64,000 nt of DNA, from positions 7,724 through 71,723 of the forward strand of contig JAQAZZ010000008.1 of the NCBI GenBank assembly GCA_032127075.1. Direction: 5' to 3'. Shown piece after piece: positions 1 through 13,114 of the stretch. How positions within the stretch are numbered: position 1 is the stretch's first letter; each line of letters opens with the position of its first letter. Both the position numbers and the translations under genes were made by a program. This stretch comes from Micrococcales bacterium (GTDB taxonomy: Bacteria > Actinomycetota > Actinomycetes > S36-B12 > GCA-2699445). Below the pieces are notes generated by a model. That model was not told the origin of the DNA, did not search any database, and saw only the letters and a list, made by a program, of their open reading frames with translations.

Positions 1-447
1 GACCCCCCGGCCTGCCCGGAGGCCGTGGAGGCCATCGAGGCGGCCGACGTGATCGTCCTCGGGCCGGGCTCGTGGTACACGTCGGTGATTGCACCGTTGC
101 TCGTGCCGGAGCTGCTGGCAGCAGTCCGCGCAAGCGGAGCCCGCCGCGTCATCGTTCTCAACCTCGTCGCCCAGCGGGGGGAGACCTCCGGATTCACGCC
201 CGAGCGCCACCTGTCGGTTCTGGTCGACCAATTCGGCTCCTTCGCGGCCGACACCGTCATCGCCGACCCTCGAAGCGTGGGCAACGTGGCGGGCCTGGAG
301 ACGGCCTGCCGGGACCTCCTCGGGGCCGACCTGCTGATACGCCCGGTGTCGTCGGTGAGCAGCGGCCCCGGGGTTCACGACCCCGACCTGCTGGCGGCGG
401 CGTTCACGGAAGTCGCAGGGCGTGGCAGGATTCCCCCATGGCGCTGA
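1..447 (+). CDS. YvcK/CuvA-like gluconeogenesis factor (CofD/UPF0052 family), C-terminal part; 5' end lies outside the window
   Basis: Frame-1 ORF is open from base 1 to TGA 445-447. It carries [22 protein letters not shown], typical of the YvcK family. It sits directly upstream of whiA, the conserved arrangement. Confidence 0.8.
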   Translation, partial: DPPACPEAVEAIEAADVIVLGPGSWYTSVIAPLLVPELLAAVRASGARRVIVLNLVAQRGETSGFTPERHLSVLVDQFGSFAADTVIADPRSVGNVAGLETACRDLLGADLLIRPVSSVSSGPGVHDPDLLAAAFTEVAGRGRIPPWR

Positions 448-1418
448 CGGCGGAAGTCAAAGATGAGTTGAGCCGGGTGCAGGTCACCAAGTCCTGCTGC
501 CGCAAGGCCGAAGTTGCCGCGATGCTGCGCGTGGGCGGGAGCCTGCATGTGATCAGCGGGCAACTCGTGGTGGAGGCGGAGTTCGACACCGGCACCATCG
601 CCCGGCGGATCCGCGCGAACATCGCGGATCTGTACGGCCACGACGTGACGTTGTCGGTCGTGCAGCCCACCGGGCTGCGGCGGGGTGCCCGCTATGCAGT
701 GCGCGTGGTGGACGGCGGTCCCTGGTTGGCCCGCCAAGTCGGCCTGGTCGATGGCCGGGGGCTCCCGGTGCGTGGACTGCCGCCATCGGTGGTGGCCGGT
801 GCGCCGTGCGACGCCGAGGCGGTCTGGCGGGGAGCTTTCCTGGCCCGCGGGTCTCTGACCGAACCCGGCCGATCGTCGTCTTTGGAGATCAGTGCGCCGA
901 GCCAGGAGACGGCGTTGGCGCTGGTCGGGGCGGCTCGCCGCCTCGGCATCGCCGCCAAGGCCCGCGAGGTGCGCGGCACAGAGCGGGTCGTCATCCGGGA
1001 TGGGGAGGCGATCGGAGACATGCTCACCCGGATGCAGGCCCAACAGTCGCGGCTCACGTGGGAGGAGCGCCGGATGCGCCGGGAGGTGCGGGCCACGGCC
1101 AATCGGCTCGCCAATTTCGACGACGCCAACCTGCGCCGATCCGCGCGCGCCGCGGTCGCAGCGGGGGCACGGGTGGAGCGGGCCTTGCAGATCCTCGGCG
1201 ACGATGTGCCGGATCACCTCGGCGATGCGGGGAGACTGCGTATCGAGCACAGCCAGGCGAGCCTGGAGGAGTTGGGTGCGCTGGCGGCACCGCCGCTGAC
1301 CAAGGACGCCATCGCGGGCCGAATCCGGCGGCTGCTGGCCATGGCCGACAAGAAGGCTGCCGAGGAGGGCATCCCCGGCACTGAGGCGAGCCTCACCGAA
1401 GACATGCTGGAGGATTAG
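438..1418 (+). CDS. whiA: Sporulation/cell-division transcription regulator WhiA
   Basis: Start trimmed from track ORF 72..1418 to ATG 438 ([31 protein letters not shown], the canonical WhiA N-terminus). It overlaps the yvcK stop by 10 nt. Length 326 aa. Confidence 0.9.
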   Translation: MALTAEVKDELSRVQVTKSCCRKAEVAAMLRVGGSLHVISGQLVVEAEFDTGTIARRIRANIADLYGHDVTLSVVQPTGLRRGARYAVRVVDGGPWLARQVGLVDGRGLPVRGLPPSVVAGAPCDAEAVWRGAFLARGSLTEPGRSSSLEISAPSQETALALVGAARRLGIAAKAREVRGTERVVIRDGEAIGDMLTRMQAQQSRLTWEERRMRREVRATANRLANFDDANLRRSARAAVAAGARVERALQILGDDVPDHLGDAGRLRIEHSQASLEELGALAAPPLTKDAIAGRIRRLLAMADKKAAEEGIPGTEASLTEDMLED

Positions 1419-1467
1419 CAAATCGCGCCGAAGGTGCAACACCGCTTCGCTACTGTCAGGGTATTGA

Positions 1468-2550
<1,083 letters not shown>

Positions 2551-2561
2551 CCGGCCGCGGG

Positions 2562-3752
2562 ATGCACACTCTCGACGACCTCGACGTCACCGGGAAGCGG
2601 GTGCTCGTCCGGGCCGACCTCAATGTGCCCATGTCGGACGGTGCCATCACCGATGACGGCCGAATCCGCGCCAGCGTCCCGACGCTGTCCGCGCTCACCG
2701 ATCGCGGTGCCCGCGTGATCGTCGCCGCACATCTGGGCCGGCCGAAGGGGCAGGCGGTACCCGCCTTGTCGCTGGCCCCGGTGGCCCAACGGCTCGGTGA
2801 GCTGTTGGAACGGCCGGTCGGCTTCGTCGCCGACCTCACCGGTCCCGACGCCCAGGCGGCGGTCGCGGCGATGCAGGACGGCGACGTCCTTGTGCTGGAG
2901 AACGTGCGGTTCGACCCCAGGGAGACGAGCAAGGATCCGCGGCAGCGCGGCGAACTCGCTGACGAGCTCGCCGGCCACGCCGAGGCCTACGTCAGCGACG
3001 GCTTCGGCGTCGTGCACCGCGAGCAGGCCAGTGTCACGGATGTGGCGCGCCGCCTGCCCCACGGCGCCGGCCGGCTTGTGGCCGCGGAGTCGGAGGTCTT
3101 CACCAAGGTGCTGTCGGACCCGGATCGCCCGTACGTGGTGATCCTCGGCGGCGCGAAGGTCAGCGACAAGCTGGGGGTCATCGGCAACCTGCTCGGGTCG
3201 GTGGACCGGATCCTCGTCGGCGGTGGCATGTGCTACACGTTCCTGGCCGCCGAAGGCTACGACGTCGGCGACTCGCTGCTGGAGTCCGACCAGATCGACA
3301 CCATCAAGGGTGTTCTCGCGGACGCCCGGGAGCGGGGAGTTGACGTCGTGCTGCCGGTTGACATCGTCGTCGCCCGGGAGTTCGCGGCCGATGCCGAGCA
3401 CAAGACCGTCCCAGTGGCCGGTATCGAGTCCGGTTGGATGGGCCTGGACATCGGACCTGAGACGGTGGACCTGTTCCGCAGCCGTTTGGCCGATGCCCGC
3501 ACGGTCGTGTGGAACGGTCCCATGGGCGTGTTCGAGATGCCGAGTTTCGCCAACGGGACCCGCGCCATCGCCGACCTGCTGTCGGAGTCGCCCGCATTCA
3601 CCGTCATCGGCGGCGGCGACAGCGCCGCGGCGATACGCACCTTCGGCATACCCGATGACAAGTTCTCGCACATCTCCACCGGCGGTGGCGCGAGCCTGGA
3701 GTTCCTGGAGGGCAAGACGCTGCCCGGCCTGGCTGTACTGGAGGAGTCCTGA
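2562..3752 (+). CDS. pgk: Phosphoglycerate kinase
   Basis: Start trimmed from track ORF 2001..3752 to ATG 2562 ([24 protein letters not shown]). Also carries [10 protein letters not shown] and [18 protein letters not shown]. Confidence 0.95.
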   Translation: MHTLDDLDVTGKRVLVRADLNVPMSDGAITDDGRIRASVPTLSALTDRGARVIVAAHLGRPKGQAVPALSLAPVAQRLGELLERPVGFVADLTGPDAQAAVAAMQDGDVLVLENVRFDPRETSKDPRQRGELADELAGHAEAYVSDGFGVVHREQASVTDVARRLPHGAGRLVAAESEVFTKVLSDPDRPYVVILGGAKVSDKLGVIGNLLGSVDRILVGGGMCYTFLAAEGYDVGDSLLESDQIDTIKGVLADARERGVDVVLPVDIVVAREFAADAEHKTVPVAGIESGWMGLDIGPETVDLFRSRLADARTVVWNGPMGVFEMPSFANGTRAIADLLSESPAFTVIGGGDSAAAIRTFGIPDDKFSHISTGGGASLEFLEGKTLPGLAVLEES

Positions 3753-4537
3753 TGACAGATCGCAGACCGCTGATGGCGGGCAACTGGAAGATGAATCTGA
3801 ACCACCAGGAGGCGATAGCGCTGGTCCAGAAGCTGGCCTTTTCGCTGACGGAGTCCGACCTCACCGAGGTCGAGGTGGCGGTGCTGCCGCCGTTCACCGA
3901 CATCCGATCGGTTCAGACACTCGTCGATGCGGACAACTACAAGATCAAATATGGCGCCCAGGATGTGTCCGTCCACGAATCGGGCGCCTATACCGGCGAG
4001 GTGTCGGCGTCGATGCTCAGCAAGTTGGGCTGCACTTTCGTCTGTGTCGGGCACAGCGAGCGGCGCGAGTACCACGCGGAGGGCGACGACGTCGTCAATG
4101 CCAAGGCGCGGATCGCACTCGACCACGGACTCATCCCCGTGGTGTGTGTCGGCGAGACCCTGGACATCCGCCAGTCCGGGGAAGCGGTGCCGCACACCCT
4201 CGAGCAGGTGCGGGGCAGCCTGTCGGGGCTCGTGGAGCGGATGGGCGAGAACCTGGTGATCGCCTACGAGCCCGTCTGGGCCATCGGCACCGGTGAGGTG
4301 GCGACCCCGGAGGACGCCCAGGAGGTTTGTGGCGCGATCCGCGAATTCCTCCGCGAGCAGCACGGCGACGCCGCTGCCGACAGCGCGCGGATCCTGTACG
4401 GGGGATCGGTGAAGTCGGCCAACGTCGCGGGCATCATGGCCAAGCCGGACATCGACGGCGCCCTGGTGGGCGGGGCGAGTCTGGACGCCGACGAGTTCGT
4501 CGCCATCTGCAAGTTCCCGCAGCACCCGCCCGTGTAG
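3752..4537 (+). CDS. tpiA: Triose-phosphate isomerase
   Basis: Motifs [18 protein letters not shown] and [11 protein letters not shown]. The ATG overlaps the pgk TGA by 1 nt. Confidence 0.95.
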   Translation: MTDRRPLMAGNWKMNLNHQEAIALVQKLAFSLTESDLTEVEVAVLPPFTDIRSVQTLVDADNYKIKYGAQDVSVHESGAYTGEVSASMLSKLGCTFVCVGHSERREYHAEGDDVVNAKARIALDHGLIPVVCVGETLDIRQSGEAVPHTLEQVRGSLSGLVERMGENLVIAYEPVWAIGTGEVATPEDAQEVCGAIREFLREQHGDAAADSARILYGGSVKSANVAGIMAKPDIDGALVGGASLDADEFVAICKFPQHPPV

Positions 4538-4574
4538 CCCGTGGGCTACGCTGGGGGCCGGCGAAGGAGCGAAC

Positions 4575-4811
4575 GTGACGATTGTTCTCCAGGTGGTGCT
4601 GGTGGTGACCAGCCTCGCCCTCATCGGCCTGATCCTGCTCCACAAGGGCAAGGGCGGTGGCCTCTCCGACATGTTCGGTGGCGGGATCAGCAGCAACCTC
4701 GGCGGATCGTCGGTTGCGGAGAAGAACCTGGACCGCATCACGATCATCATCGCCGTGCTGTGGGCCGCCGCCATCATCGGACTCGGTCTGATCGTCAGTG
4801 CCGGTAGCTGA
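4575..4811 (+). CDS. secG: Preprotein translocase subunit SecG
   Basis: 78 aa with two TM segments and LLHKGKGGGLSDMFGG, typical of SecG. It follows tpiA, the conserved position. Confidence 0.85.
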   Translation: MTIVLQVVLVVTSLALIGLILLHKGKGGGLSDMFGGGISSNLGGSSVAEKNLDRITIIIAVLWAAAIIGLGLIVSAGS

Positions 4812-4923
4812 CACAGCAGGGATCGACGGCGACGCGCCGGGCACGGGTGCCGTGCGACGCCGTGGCCACTGCATACAGTCGGACGTCGACGAGACGAAGA
4901 TCTTGTCTGGAGAGGGGTGACCA

Positions 4924-5262
4924 GTGGCAAGTGGACAGGCGATCCGGGGCAGCCGCATAGGTGCGGGTCCCATGGGAGAGGCGGAACGGGGGGAGTCAGC
5001 CCCGCGCGATTTGGTGTCGTTCTGGTGCGCCAACGGGCATGAGTCGACTCCCAGTTTCCTCAAAGGTGCCAGTATCCCGGCGAACTGGGATTGTCCCCGC
5101 TGCGGGTGGCCAGCGGGCCGCGACCGGGAGAATCCACCGGAGCCGCCCAAAGTGGAGCCCTACAAGACTCATCTGGCCTACGTGAAGGAGCGGCGCAGCG
5201 ATTCTGATGCTGAGGCGATTCTCAGCGAGGCGCTGCAGGATCTGCGCGACGACTCGTTCTGA
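4924..5262 (+). CDS. rbpA: RNA polymerase-binding protein RbpA
   Basis: Motifs IRGSRIGAGPMGEAERG, VSFWCANGHE, WDCPRCGWPAG and YKTHLAYVKERRS match the RbpA core and sigma-interaction regions. Confidence 0.85.
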   Translation: MASGQAIRGSRIGAGPMGEAERGESAPRDLVSFWCANGHESTPSFLKGASIPANWDCPRCGWPAGRDRENPPEPPKVEPYKTHLAYVKERRSDSDAEAILSEALQDLRDDSF

Positions 5263-5299
5263 TCCCGGGCCGGGTTCTTCCGATCGCCGTCACCCGAGT

Positions 5300-6076
5300 T
5301 CAGGACCGTCGTCGTCGGCGGTCGGGCAGATCCGCCCCTGCTGCCTCGTCTATGAGCGCAAGCGTGCGCAGCCGACCGACCGCCCCGGCGGCCGGATATC
5401 GCCGGGGGTCCGCCGGTGCCGTCAGGGCCCCCGCCAACGCCGCGCTTTTCTCCCCGCCCGCCGCGACAAGCCAGACCTCCGCCGCCGAGCTGATCAGCGG
5501 CAAGGTGAAAGAGATGCGGGTTGGCGGTGGTTTGGGGGAGTCCAGCACCGCGACGACCGTGGCATCGGCTGTCGCGGTCTGCGGCCGGCCGGGGAAGAGC
5601 GACGCGACATGGGCGTCCGGACCGACCCCGAGCATCAGCACGTCGAAGCGGGGCAAGCTGCGGCCCTGCTCGCGCGCCACAGCGGACAACTGGGTGGCAT
5701 GCCCCGCGGCGGCGGCGGTGACGTCATCACCCCACGCGCCGTCGGCGGCGGGCATCGCATGGACTCGCACCGGGTCTGGCTGAACGGCGTCGAGGAGTGC
5801 CGCGCGGGACTGGGTCTCGTTTCGTTCGGGGTCGCCCGCGGCCAGGAAGCGCTCATCCCCCCAGTAGAAGTCCACCCGCCGCCAGTCGACGGCGTGGGCA
5901 GCCGGGTTGGCGGCCACCGCCTGCTGGCACCGGGTCCCCATCCCCCCACCGGTCAGCACCACGCCCGCATCGCCGAAGCGGACCTGTGCGTCGACGATTG
6001 CGGTGATCAGCCGGGCGGCGACGGAGGCCGCCAGCGACTCGGCATCCGGGTGCACGATGACATGGGCTTCTGCCAT
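5300..6076 (-). CDS. pgl: 6-phosphogluconolactonase
   Basis: Motifs VVLTGGGMG and FYWGDERF, with downstream VLMLGVGPDAHVASLFPG. It is the last gene of the tal-zwf-opcA-pgl chain. Its ATG overlaps the opcA stop by 1 nt. Confidence 0.85.
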   Translation of the reverse strand: MAEAHVIVHPDAESLAASVAARLITAIVDAQVRFGDAGVVLTGGGMGTRCQQAVAANPAAHAVDWRRVDFYWGDERFLAAGDPERNETQSRAALLDAVQPDPVRVHAMPAADGAWGDDVTAAAAGHATQLSAVAREQGRSLPRFDVLMLGVGPDAHVASLFPGRPQTATADATVVAVLDSPKPPPTRISFTLPLISSAAEVWLVAAGGEKSAALAGALTAPADPRRYPAAGAVGRLRTLALIDEAAGADLPDRRRRRS

Positions 6077-7023
6077 CAGGCCGACCCGTCAGTGTTCGCC
6101 GAAGACTCCGGCAGCGGTTCGGTCCCCACCGCGTCCAGCGCCGACAACGCCTCGCCGTAGATATCGTCAGGGGTGAGCCGGCGCAGTTCCTCCGCCACGA
6201 GTTCCCCCAGTTCCCGGCGCGGCAGGGCGAGAGTGGCCGGCGGCATCCCGGCGATCGTCAGCGTGGCCTCGCGGCCGTCAGGCCGTTCCAGGCCGATCTC
6301 GCCATCTTCGGTGAGCAGGCGCACGGCAGTGATTCCGGGGCCGTCGCTGTCGAGGACGCTCACCGGGACATCCAATCGGCTGTGCAGCCAGGCTGCGAGC
6401 AGGTGGGCCGCGGCCAGCGACCACTTCACGTGGACCTCGGCGCCCACGATCCGGGGATGTGCGATGTCCAGCGTGGCGGCCAGCAGCGTGCGCCACAGTG
6501 TGATCTGGGTCCAGGCGAGGTCGGTGTCGCCCGGCCGGTAGCCGGACACGCATCGGCTCAGGGCAGCAACCTGGTCCGTTGCGGCCATGGAGTTGCTGAT
6601 TCGGCGCTGAGCGTGAGAGCCGATCGGATCTTCGGCTGGGACTGCCGGCGCGTCGCGGGGCCACCAGGCGACCACGGGTGTGTCCGGCAGGAGCAGCGGG
6701 ATCGCGACCGAGCCGGCGTGGCTGGACAGATCGCCGCGCAGCCGCATGACGATGAGTTCGCCCGGCCCGTCGTCCCCTCCCACGGAGATCTCGGCATCCA
6801 GCCGGGAGAACGGGCCGTCCGGCCGGGGGATCAGCACCAAGATGCGCATCGGGTGTTCGTGAGCCGCCTGGGTTGCCGCCACGGTCGCGTCGGCCTGGCT
6901 GGCCTCGTCGGCCAGGACCAACAGGGTCATCACCATCCCGGTGGCGGGCGCGCCCAGGCGGTGACGCTCGCGGGTGATCTCGGACGAGACCAAGTTCCCG
7001 GTGGTGTTCTCCAGCCGGATCAT
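6076..7023 (-). CDS. opcA: Glucose-6-phosphate dehydrogenase assembly protein OpcA
   Basis: Start trimmed from track ORF 6076..7611 to ATG 7023 ([16 protein letters not shown]). There is an ATGA overlap with the zwf stop. Position after zwf is conserved in Actinobacteria. Confidence 0.85.
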   Translation of the reverse strand: MIRLENTTGNLVSSEITRERHRLGAPATGMVMTLLVLADEASQADATVAATQAAHEHPMRILVLIPRPDGPFSRLDAEISVGGDDGPGELIVMRLRGDLSSHAGSVAIPLLLPDTPVVAWWPRDAPAVPAEDPIGSHAQRRISNSMAATDQVAALSRCVSGYRPGDTDLAWTQITLWRTLLAATLDIAHPRIVGAEVHVKWSLAAAHLLAAWLHSRLDVPVSVLDSDGPGITAVRLLTEDGEIGLERPDGREATLTIAGMPPATLALPRRELGELVAEELRRLTPDDIYGEALSALDAVGTEPLPESSANTDGSA

Positions 7024-8549
7024 GGCCTCCTCCAGGTGCGCCCGTCCGCGGCCATCATCCGATACGCCGATTTTGGTCCCCAGCCCCCAGAGGTGTACTC
7101 CTCCGGCTGTCCGCGCGACGCCCAGTGATCCAGGACGGGGTCGAGGATCTTCCAGGACAGTTCGACCTCTTCGTGGCGGGGGAACAGGGGAGGGTCGCCC
7201 AGCAGGACGTCGAGGATGAGTCGTTCGTACGCCTCCGGGGAGGCCTGGGTGAAGGATTCCCCGTACTGGAAGTCCATGTTGACGTCCCGCACCTCCAGCA
7301 CCGTGCCGGGAACCTTCGAGCCGAACCGGACGGTCATCCCCTCGTCCGGCTGCACCCGGAACACGATGGCGTTGTGGCCGAGCTCTTGCACCGCTGTGGC
7401 GCTGAACGGCAGATGCGGCGCGCGCTTGAAGATGATGGCGATCTCGGTGACCCTGCGCCCCAGCCGCTTGCCGGTCCGCAGGTAGAACGGCACACCGGCC
7501 CAGCGGCGGTTGTCGATGTCCAGGCGGATCGCGGCGAAGGTCTCGGTGATGGAGTCCGCGGGAATACCGTCTTCCGCCAGGTACCCCTTCACCGGCACGC
7601 CGCCCTGCCATCCCGCACCGTACTGGCCACGGGCCGTGTGCTGATCCAGGTCGTCGGGCAGCACCACCGAGCGGAGCACCTTCTCCTTCTCGATCCGGAC
7701 CGAGTCGGCGGAGAAGCCGGCGGGCTCCTCCATGGCTGTCAGCGCCAGCAGTTGCAGCAGATGGTTCTGGATCACGTCCCGGGCGGCGCCGATGCCGTCG
7801 TAGTAGCCCGCCCGGCCGCCGATGCCGATGTCTTCACCCATGGTGATCTGCACGCTGTCGACATAGTGGCTGTTCCACAGCGGCTCGAACAGGTTGTTCG
7901 CGAACCGGATGGCCAGCAAGTTCTGGACGGTCTCCTTGCCCAGGTAGTGGTCGATCCGGAACACCGAGCCGTGCGGGAACACCGAATCGACCACCCGGTT
8001 GAGTTCACGGGCGGATTCCAGATCATGCCCGAAGGGTTTCTCGATGACCACCCGGCTCCACGACTTGCCGTCGTGGGAGGCCAAGCCGGCGGAATCCAGA
8101 TGCTCGGTGACAACGCTGAAGAAGCGCGGGGGGATCGAGAAGTAGAAGGCATGGTTCCCGCCGGTACCGCGGTCGCGATCCAGATCGCCGAGCACCTCGG
8201 CAAGAGTCACGTAGTCGGCCGGCTCCGCCAGGTCGCCGGCGACGAACCGGATGCCCTGCGACAACTGCGACCACACGTCCTCGCGGAAAGGGGTCCGTGA
8301 GTGTTCGCTGACGGCGTCGTGGACGATCTGGGCGAAGTCCTGGTCCTCCCAGTCGCGCCGGGCGAATCCGACCAGCGCGAAATTGGGGGGGAGCAGGCCG
8401 CGGTTGGCCAGGTCATAGATGGCGGGCATGACCTTCTTGGTCGCGAGGTCCCCCGTCACACCGAAGATCACCATGCCGCACGGCCCGGCAACTTTGGGCA
8501 GCCGCAGATCCCGCGGGTCGCGCAGTGGGTTGGCGGCTCCGCCCGTCAT
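7020..8549 (-). CDS. zwf: Glucose-6-phosphate dehydrogenase
   Basis: Motifs [20 protein letters not shown] and EKPFGHD. Length 509 aa. ATGA overlap with the tal stop. Confidence 0.95.
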   Translation of the reverse strand: MTGGAANPLRDPRDLRLPKVAGPCGMVIFGVTGDLATKKVMPAIYDLANRGLLPPNFALVGFARRDWEDQDFAQIVHDAVSEHSRTPFREDVWSQLSQGIRFVAGDLAEPADYVTLAEVLGDLDRDRGTGGNHAFYFSIPPRFFSVVTEHLDSAGLASHDGKSWSRVVIEKPFGHDLESARELNRVVDSVFPHGSVFRIDHYLGKETVQNLLAIRFANNLFEPLWNSHYVDSVQITMGEDIGIGGRAGYYDGIGAARDVIQNHLLQLLALTAMEEPAGFSADSVRIEKEKVLRSVVLPDDLDQHTARGQYGAGWQGGVPVKGYLAEDGIPADSITETFAAIRLDIDNRRWAGVPFYLRTGKRLGRRVTEIAIIFKRAPHLPFSATAVQELGHNAIVFRVQPDEGMTVRFGSKVPGTVLEVRDVNMDFQYGESFTQASPEAYERLILDVLLGDPPLFPRHEEVELSWKILDPVLDHWASRGQPEEYTSGGWGPKSAYRMMAADGRTWRRP

Positions 8550-9670
8550 GCGACGGCAGCGTTCTCACGCTGGGTGAGGGCCCGCTGCAGGTTGTCCAAC
8601 AGGTCCACCCAGGCGACGACGAACTTCTCCACTCCCTCGTCGAGCAGCACCGCGAAGACATCTTCCATGTCGATCCCCACGGCGGCCAGATCGGCGAAGA
8701 CCTGCCGGGCATCGCCGATGCGGGGCTTCACCGTGTCACCGCTGATGTCACCGTGCTCGGCTACGGCCTCCATCGTCGCCCCCGGCATGGTGTTGACCAC
8801 GCCCGCGGTCACCAGATCGACCACATAGCGCGTGTCGTCGTAGCGCGCGTCCTTGACGCTGGTGGACGCCCACAACGGCCGTTGCGGCCTGGCTCCTCGT
8901 GCCGTCAGAGCCTGCCAGCGGTCCGATGCCATCGCCTTCTCGAACTCGGCATAGGCAATTCGAGCGTTGGCGATGGCAGCTGCGCCCCGCAGCCTCTCCG
9001 CCTCCGGTGTGCCGATCCGATCGATACGTTTGTCCACTTCGCTGTCCACCCGGCTCACGAAGAAGGAGGCGACGGAGTGGATGGTGCTGAGGTCGCGGCC
9101 ATCGTCGCCGGCGCGTTCCAGGCCGGTCATCCAGGCGTCCATCACCCTGACATAGACCTGTGGGCTGAAGATCAACGTGACGTTGACGCTGATCCCCTCG
9201 CTGAGAGCCTGGGTGATGGCCGGCAGCCCCTCGTCCGTTCCCGGGATCTTGATCAGGACGTTCGGCCGGTCCACCGTCCAGTGCAGCGCCCTCGCCTCTG
9301 CAATTGTCGGGCCCGCGTCACGGGCATATCGGGGGTCCACCTCGATAGACACCCGGCCGTCCTCCCCCCCGGTGTCCTGCCAAACGTCCCGCAGCAGATC
9401 GCAGGCGTCGCGCACGTCGGCGGCAGTGATGGCTCGAACTGCCTCACCCCGGCTCACGCCCCGCGACGCCAGGTCGCGCAACTGATCCTCGTAGGCGCCG
9501 GCCTCACCGGTGATCGCCTTGTTGAAGATCGCCGGATTGGTCGTCACCCCGGTGACGCAGTCATCGGCCACCAGGCGGGACAATCCGCCGCTGCGCAACC
9601 TGTCGCGGTCCAGATCATCGAGCCAGATGGACACTCCCGCGTCCGCGAGGGCCTGCAGTCGTTCCGACAT
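8546..9670 (-). CDS. tal: Transaldolase (long actinobacterial type)
   Basis: N-terminus [25 protein letters not shown], plus VTTNPAIF and LIKIPGT. Length 374 aa. Confidence 0.95.
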   Translation of the reverse strand: MSERLQALADAGVSIWLDDLDRDRLRSGGLSRLVADDCVTGVTTNPAIFNKAITGEAGAYEDQLRDLASRGVSRGEAVRAITAADVRDACDLLRDVWQDTGGEDGRVSIEVDPRYARDAGPTIAEARALHWTVDRPNVLIKIPGTDEGLPAITQALSEGISVNVTLIFSPQVYVRVMDAWMTGLERAGDDGRDLSTIHSVASFFVSRVDSEVDKRIDRIGTPEAERLRGAAAIANARIAYAEFEKAMASDRWQALTARGARPQRPLWASTSVKDARYDDTRYVVDLVTAGVVNTMPGATMEAVAEHGDISGDTVKPRIGDARQVFADLAAVGIDMEDVFAVLLDEGVEKFVVAWVDLLDNLQRALTQRENAAVA

Positions 9671-9795
9671 CGGGTCCTCCTCGGGCCGGCTTCCCGGCAG
9701 ATGGCCGCTTCCCGTGGGCCGGGTGTCAAACAGAGGCTATCGACCCGCCACCGGAGTCGCCAGAGGAAGCGGGTGAACATCCGGCGTCGGCTGCC

Positions 9796-11868
9796 TCAAC
9801 CGGCCGCGGCGACGGATTCCTGGGCCGCGGCCACCACAGCGTCGGCTGTGATGCCGAAGTTCTCCAGCAGCAGGGCACCGTCGGCCGAAGCGCCGAAATG
9901 GTCGATACCCACGGCGCGGCCGTTGGTGCCCAGGTACTTCCACCAACCGCCGGATGCGCCGGCCTCGACCGATACCCGCGCGGTGACGGCCGCCGGCAGC
10001 ACTGATTCCCGGTAGTCCGCTTCTTGGCTGTCGAACCATTCCAGGCAGGGCATGGAGACCACCCGGGCCGCGACCCCCTGCTCCCGGAGCGTGTCGGCAG
10101 CAGCCAATGCCACGCTGACCTCCGAGCCCGTTGCAAGGAGCAGCACCTCCGGCTGTCCGTCGCTGTCGGCCAGGATGTAGGCGCCGCGCGCAACTCCCTC
10201 GACGTCGGCGTAGGTGTTCCGGTCCAGGGTCGGGACCGCCTGCCTGGTCAGGACCAGCCCGGCGGGTTCGCCGCGTTCGAGGATTGTCCGCCACGCGACC
10301 GCAGTCTCGTTGGCGTCAGCGGGCCGCACGATGTTGAGGTTCGGAATCAGGCGCAATGCCCACAGATGCTCGATCGGCTGGTGGGTCGGACCGTCCTCAC
10401 CGAGGCCGACGGTGTCGTGGGTCCACACGAACGTCGCCGCAACGTCCATGAGCGCCGAAAGGCGGACCGCCCCCCGCATGTAGTCGCTGAATACCAGGAA
10501 GGTCCCGCCGAAGGGCTTGCAGAGCCCAGACAGCGCCATTCCGTTGACGGCGGCGCCCATCGCATGCTCCCGGACGCCGAAGTGCAGGATCCGCCCGTAG
10601 GGCGAGTTGGGCCCGGCGAAGGGAGAGTCGGGTTTCACGTCGACGCTGTCGGGGAGGAACGATCCGCTGCCCTTGATCGTGGTGAGGTTGCTCTCCGCGA
10701 GATCCGCCGAGCCGCCGACGAACTCCGGCAGGGCGGCGGCGATGGATTGGATCACCTCGCCCGACGCCTTGCGGGTCGCCATGGGCTTCCCGGCGGGGAA
10801 CTCCGGCAGATCGATCTCCGGCAGTCGGCCCGACTGGATGCGGTCCAGCAGCGCCGCACGATCCGGGTTGGCGGAGCGCCAGGTGTCGAAATCTTGATCC
10901 CATCGGGCTCGAAGGGCAGCGCCTCGCCGCTTGACGTCGCGGGCGTGGGCCAGGACATCGTCGGCAACGGCGAAGGACTCCTCCGGATCGAACCCCAGCG
11001 CCTCTTTGGTCGCGGCCACCTCGTCGGCGCCGAGCGCCGCGCCGTGGGCGAGGTAGGTGTTCTGCTTGTGGGGGGCGGGCCAGCCGATGATAGATCGCAG
11101 TCGGATGAAGGTGGGCCGGTCGGTCGTAGCCCTGGCCGCGGTGAGTGCCCGGTGCAGGCCCTGGACATCCACCGATCCGTCGTCTGCCAGTGCGACCTCA
11201 TCGGTGTGCCAGCCGTAGGCGCGGTATCTTGCGACAACGTCCTCGCCGAAGGCGATCGCGGTGTCGTCCTCGATGGAGATGCGGTTGTCGTCCCAGATAA
11301 TCGTGAGGTTGCCCAACTGCTGGGTGCCGGCCAGGGACGACGCCTCCGACGAGATCCCCTCTTCGAGGCAGCCGTCGCCAGCCACAACCCAGATGCGGTA
11401 GTCGAACGGACTGGTCCCGGGCGCGGCGTCCGGGTCGAACAGGCCCCGCTCATATCGCTGTGCCATCGCCATGCCGACGGCGTTGGCAACACCCTGGCCC
11501 AAAGGTCCGGTGGTGGTTTCGACGCCGACCGTATGGCCGTACTCGGGGTGGCCGGGGGTGAGGCTGCCCCAGGTGCGGAAGGCTTGCAGATCGGACAGCT
11601 CCAGGCCGTACCCGGATAGGAACAGCTGCGTATACAGCGTGAGGCTGGAGTGTCCGCACGACAGGACGAACCGATCTCGACCCAGCCACTTCGCGTCGCT
11701 GGGATCATGGCGCAGGAAGCGCTGGAAGAGCAGGTACGCGGCCGGAGCCAGGCTCATGGCCGTGCCCGGGTGGCCGTTGCCGGTCTTCTGGACAGCGTCT
11801 GCCGCAAGCAGACGAGCGGTGTCCACCGCTCGGCTGTCCAGTTCGCTCCACTCAAGCCTCTGATTCAC
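9796..11868 (-). CDS. tkt: Transketolase
   Basis: Motifs [30 protein letters not shown] and [23 protein letters not shown] start at 11868. Length 690 aa. Confidence 0.95.
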   Translation of the reverse strand: MNQRLEWSELDSRAVDTARLLAADAVQKTGNGHPGTAMSLAPAAYLLFQRFLRHDPSDAKWLGRDRFVLSCGHSSLTLYTQLFLSGYGLELSDLQAFRTWGSLTPGHPEYGHTVGVETTTGPLGQGVANAVGMAMAQRYERGLFDPDAAPGTSPFDYRIWVVAGDGCLEEGISSEASSLAGTQQLGNLTIIWDDNRISIEDDTAIAFGEDVVARYRAYGWHTDEVALADDGSVDVQGLHRALTAARATTDRPTFIRLRSIIGWPAPHKQNTYLAHGAALGADEVAATKEALGFDPEESFAVADDVLAHARDVKRRGAALRARWDQDFDTWRSANPDRAALLDRIQSGRLPEIDLPEFPAGKPMATRKASGEVIQSIAAALPEFVGGSADLAESNLTTIKGSGSFLPDSVDVKPDSPFAGPNSPYGRILHFGVREHAMGAAVNGMALSGLCKPFGGTFLVFSDYMRGAVRLSALMDVAATFVWTHDTVGLGEDGPTHQPIEHLWALRLIPNLNIVRPADANETAVAWRTILERGEPAGLVLTRQAVPTLDRNTYADVEGVARGAYILADSDGQPEVLLLATGSEVSVALAAADTLREQGVAARVVSMPCLEWFDSQEADYRESVLPAAVTARVSVEAGASGGWWKYLGTNGRAVGIDHFGASADGALLLENFGITADAVVAAAQESVAAAG

Positions 11869-12039
11869 GTGGTTCCCTCCACCGCGACGGGACCACCATC
11901 GGCGCCGTCTCCGCCGCAGCCTAGCGAGCGGGTCGGTCCCATGGCGTGCCGCTGCGGCGATCCGGGGCGGCTAGACTGACTCGAGTCCGCTTCCGGTGCC
12001 CAGCAGGTTGCGGCGAGGTGTCGGCGAACGGAGAAGCGG

Positions 12040-12993
12040 GTGACAGCCATCGACCCGAACGATTCCGTACGCGTCGGGGGGTCCCGCGGCCGGCAGCCGA
12101 AGGCCCGCTCGGGCGGGCGCTCCCTGCGGGGGCGGTTCGGGGCCTACGTGGCGTTGACCAAACCTCGGATAATCGAGTTGCTGCTCGTCACAACGGTCCC
12201 GGCCATGCTGCTGGCTGCTGGGGGCTGGCCCGACCTGTCGGTTGCGCTGGGCACGCTGGTGGGCGGAGCCGCCGCTGCCGGCGGCGCCAATGTCTTCAAC
12301 TCCTACATCGATCGCGATATCGACGCCGTCATGCACCGCACCGGCGCACGGCCGCTGGCAACGGGAGCCTTGCCGCCGCGCAACGCATTGGTCTTCGCGT
12401 GGATCCTTTCGGCGCTATCCGTGGTCGTGCTCGCCGTGACGTCGAATCTGCTGGCCGCCGCGCTCGGCGCCCTGGCGATCGTGATGTACGTCGTCGGATA
12501 CACCCTGCTGCTGAAGCGGCGCACATCGCAGAACATCGTGTGGGGCGGCGCCGCGGGGTGTATGCCGGTGCTCATCGGCTGGTCGGCCGTGACAGGAGGC
12601 TTGAGCTGGGCGCCGCTGGTCCTGTTCCTGATTGTGTTCTTCTGGACCCCGCCCCACTACTGGCCGCTGTCCATGCGGTACCGCGAGGACTACGCGGCCG
12701 CGAACGTGCCGATGCTGCCGGTCGTGGAAGAGAACGGCGTCGTGGCGCGGCGCATCGTGCGATATTCGTGGGCCATGGTCGCGGCGTCGTTGCTGTTGAT
12801 CCCGGTCGCCCCGATGGGGTGGTTCTACGCTGTCGCCGCTGTTGTCCTGGGTGTGGCATTTCTGGCGGAAGCCTACGGGCTGCGCCGGCGGGTGGGCAGC
12901 GCCCGCCTTCGACCGATGCGGCTGTTCCACGGCTCGATCACCTACTTGTCGCTGCTCTTCCTCGCGGTGGGGATCGACCCCTTCCTCACCTGA
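12040..12993 (+). CDS. ctaB: Protoheme IX farnesyltransferase (heme O synthase)
   Basis: Motifs [29 protein letters not shown] and FFWTPPHYW. Multi-TM protein. GTG start; the N-terminal extension is uncertain. Confidence 0.9.
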   Translation: MTAIDPNDSVRVGGSRGRQPKARSGGRSLRGRFGAYVALTKPRIIELLLVTTVPAMLLAAGGWPDLSVALGTLVGGAAAAGGANVFNSYIDRDIDAVMHRTGARPLATGALPPRNALVFAWILSALSVVVLAVTSNLLAAALGALAIVMYVVGYTLLLKRRTSQNIVWGGAAGCMPVLIGWSAVTGGLSWAPLVLFLIVFFWTPPHYWPLSMRYREDYAAANVPMLPVVEENGVVARRIVRYSWAMVAASLLLIPVAPMGWFYAVAAVVLGVAFLAEAYGLRRRVGSARLRPMRLFHGSITYLSLLFLAVGIDPFLT

Positions 12994-13114
12994 GCGGCCG
13001 CTGTTGCGGCGACGGAACGGCGATGGAACATGTGAAGCCGCCCTCGGTGCCGCGCCTCATCGCGGCGTCGGCGGAGGGGGCGTGGGTGCTTCGGCAACGC
13101 CGAAGGTGGCAGTT

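Noticed and set aside
375-1442. 355-aa ORF antisense to whiA. It represents many other long alternative-frame or antisense ORFs in the track, e.g. 2529..3671(-), 3257..4930(-), 7125..8300(+), 8525..10015(+), 10024..11619(+), 17131..18435(-), 23665..25698(-), 26516..28159(-), 31449..33029(+), 38504..39874(+), 51019..52164(-), 56743..58806(-).
   Set aside because: Their translations are Arg/Pro/Gly/Ala-rich and low-complexity. They lie opposite or out of frame to genes with unmistakable conserved motifs. This is the typical stop-codon-poor shadow ORF pattern of about 70% GC DNA.
11913-11958. 8-bp inverted repeat GCCGCAGC/GCTGCGGC enclosing 30 nt in the tkt/ctaB divergent region.
   Set aside because: It is a single short stem in GC-rich DNA inside a promoter region, indistinguishable from chance without comparative data.
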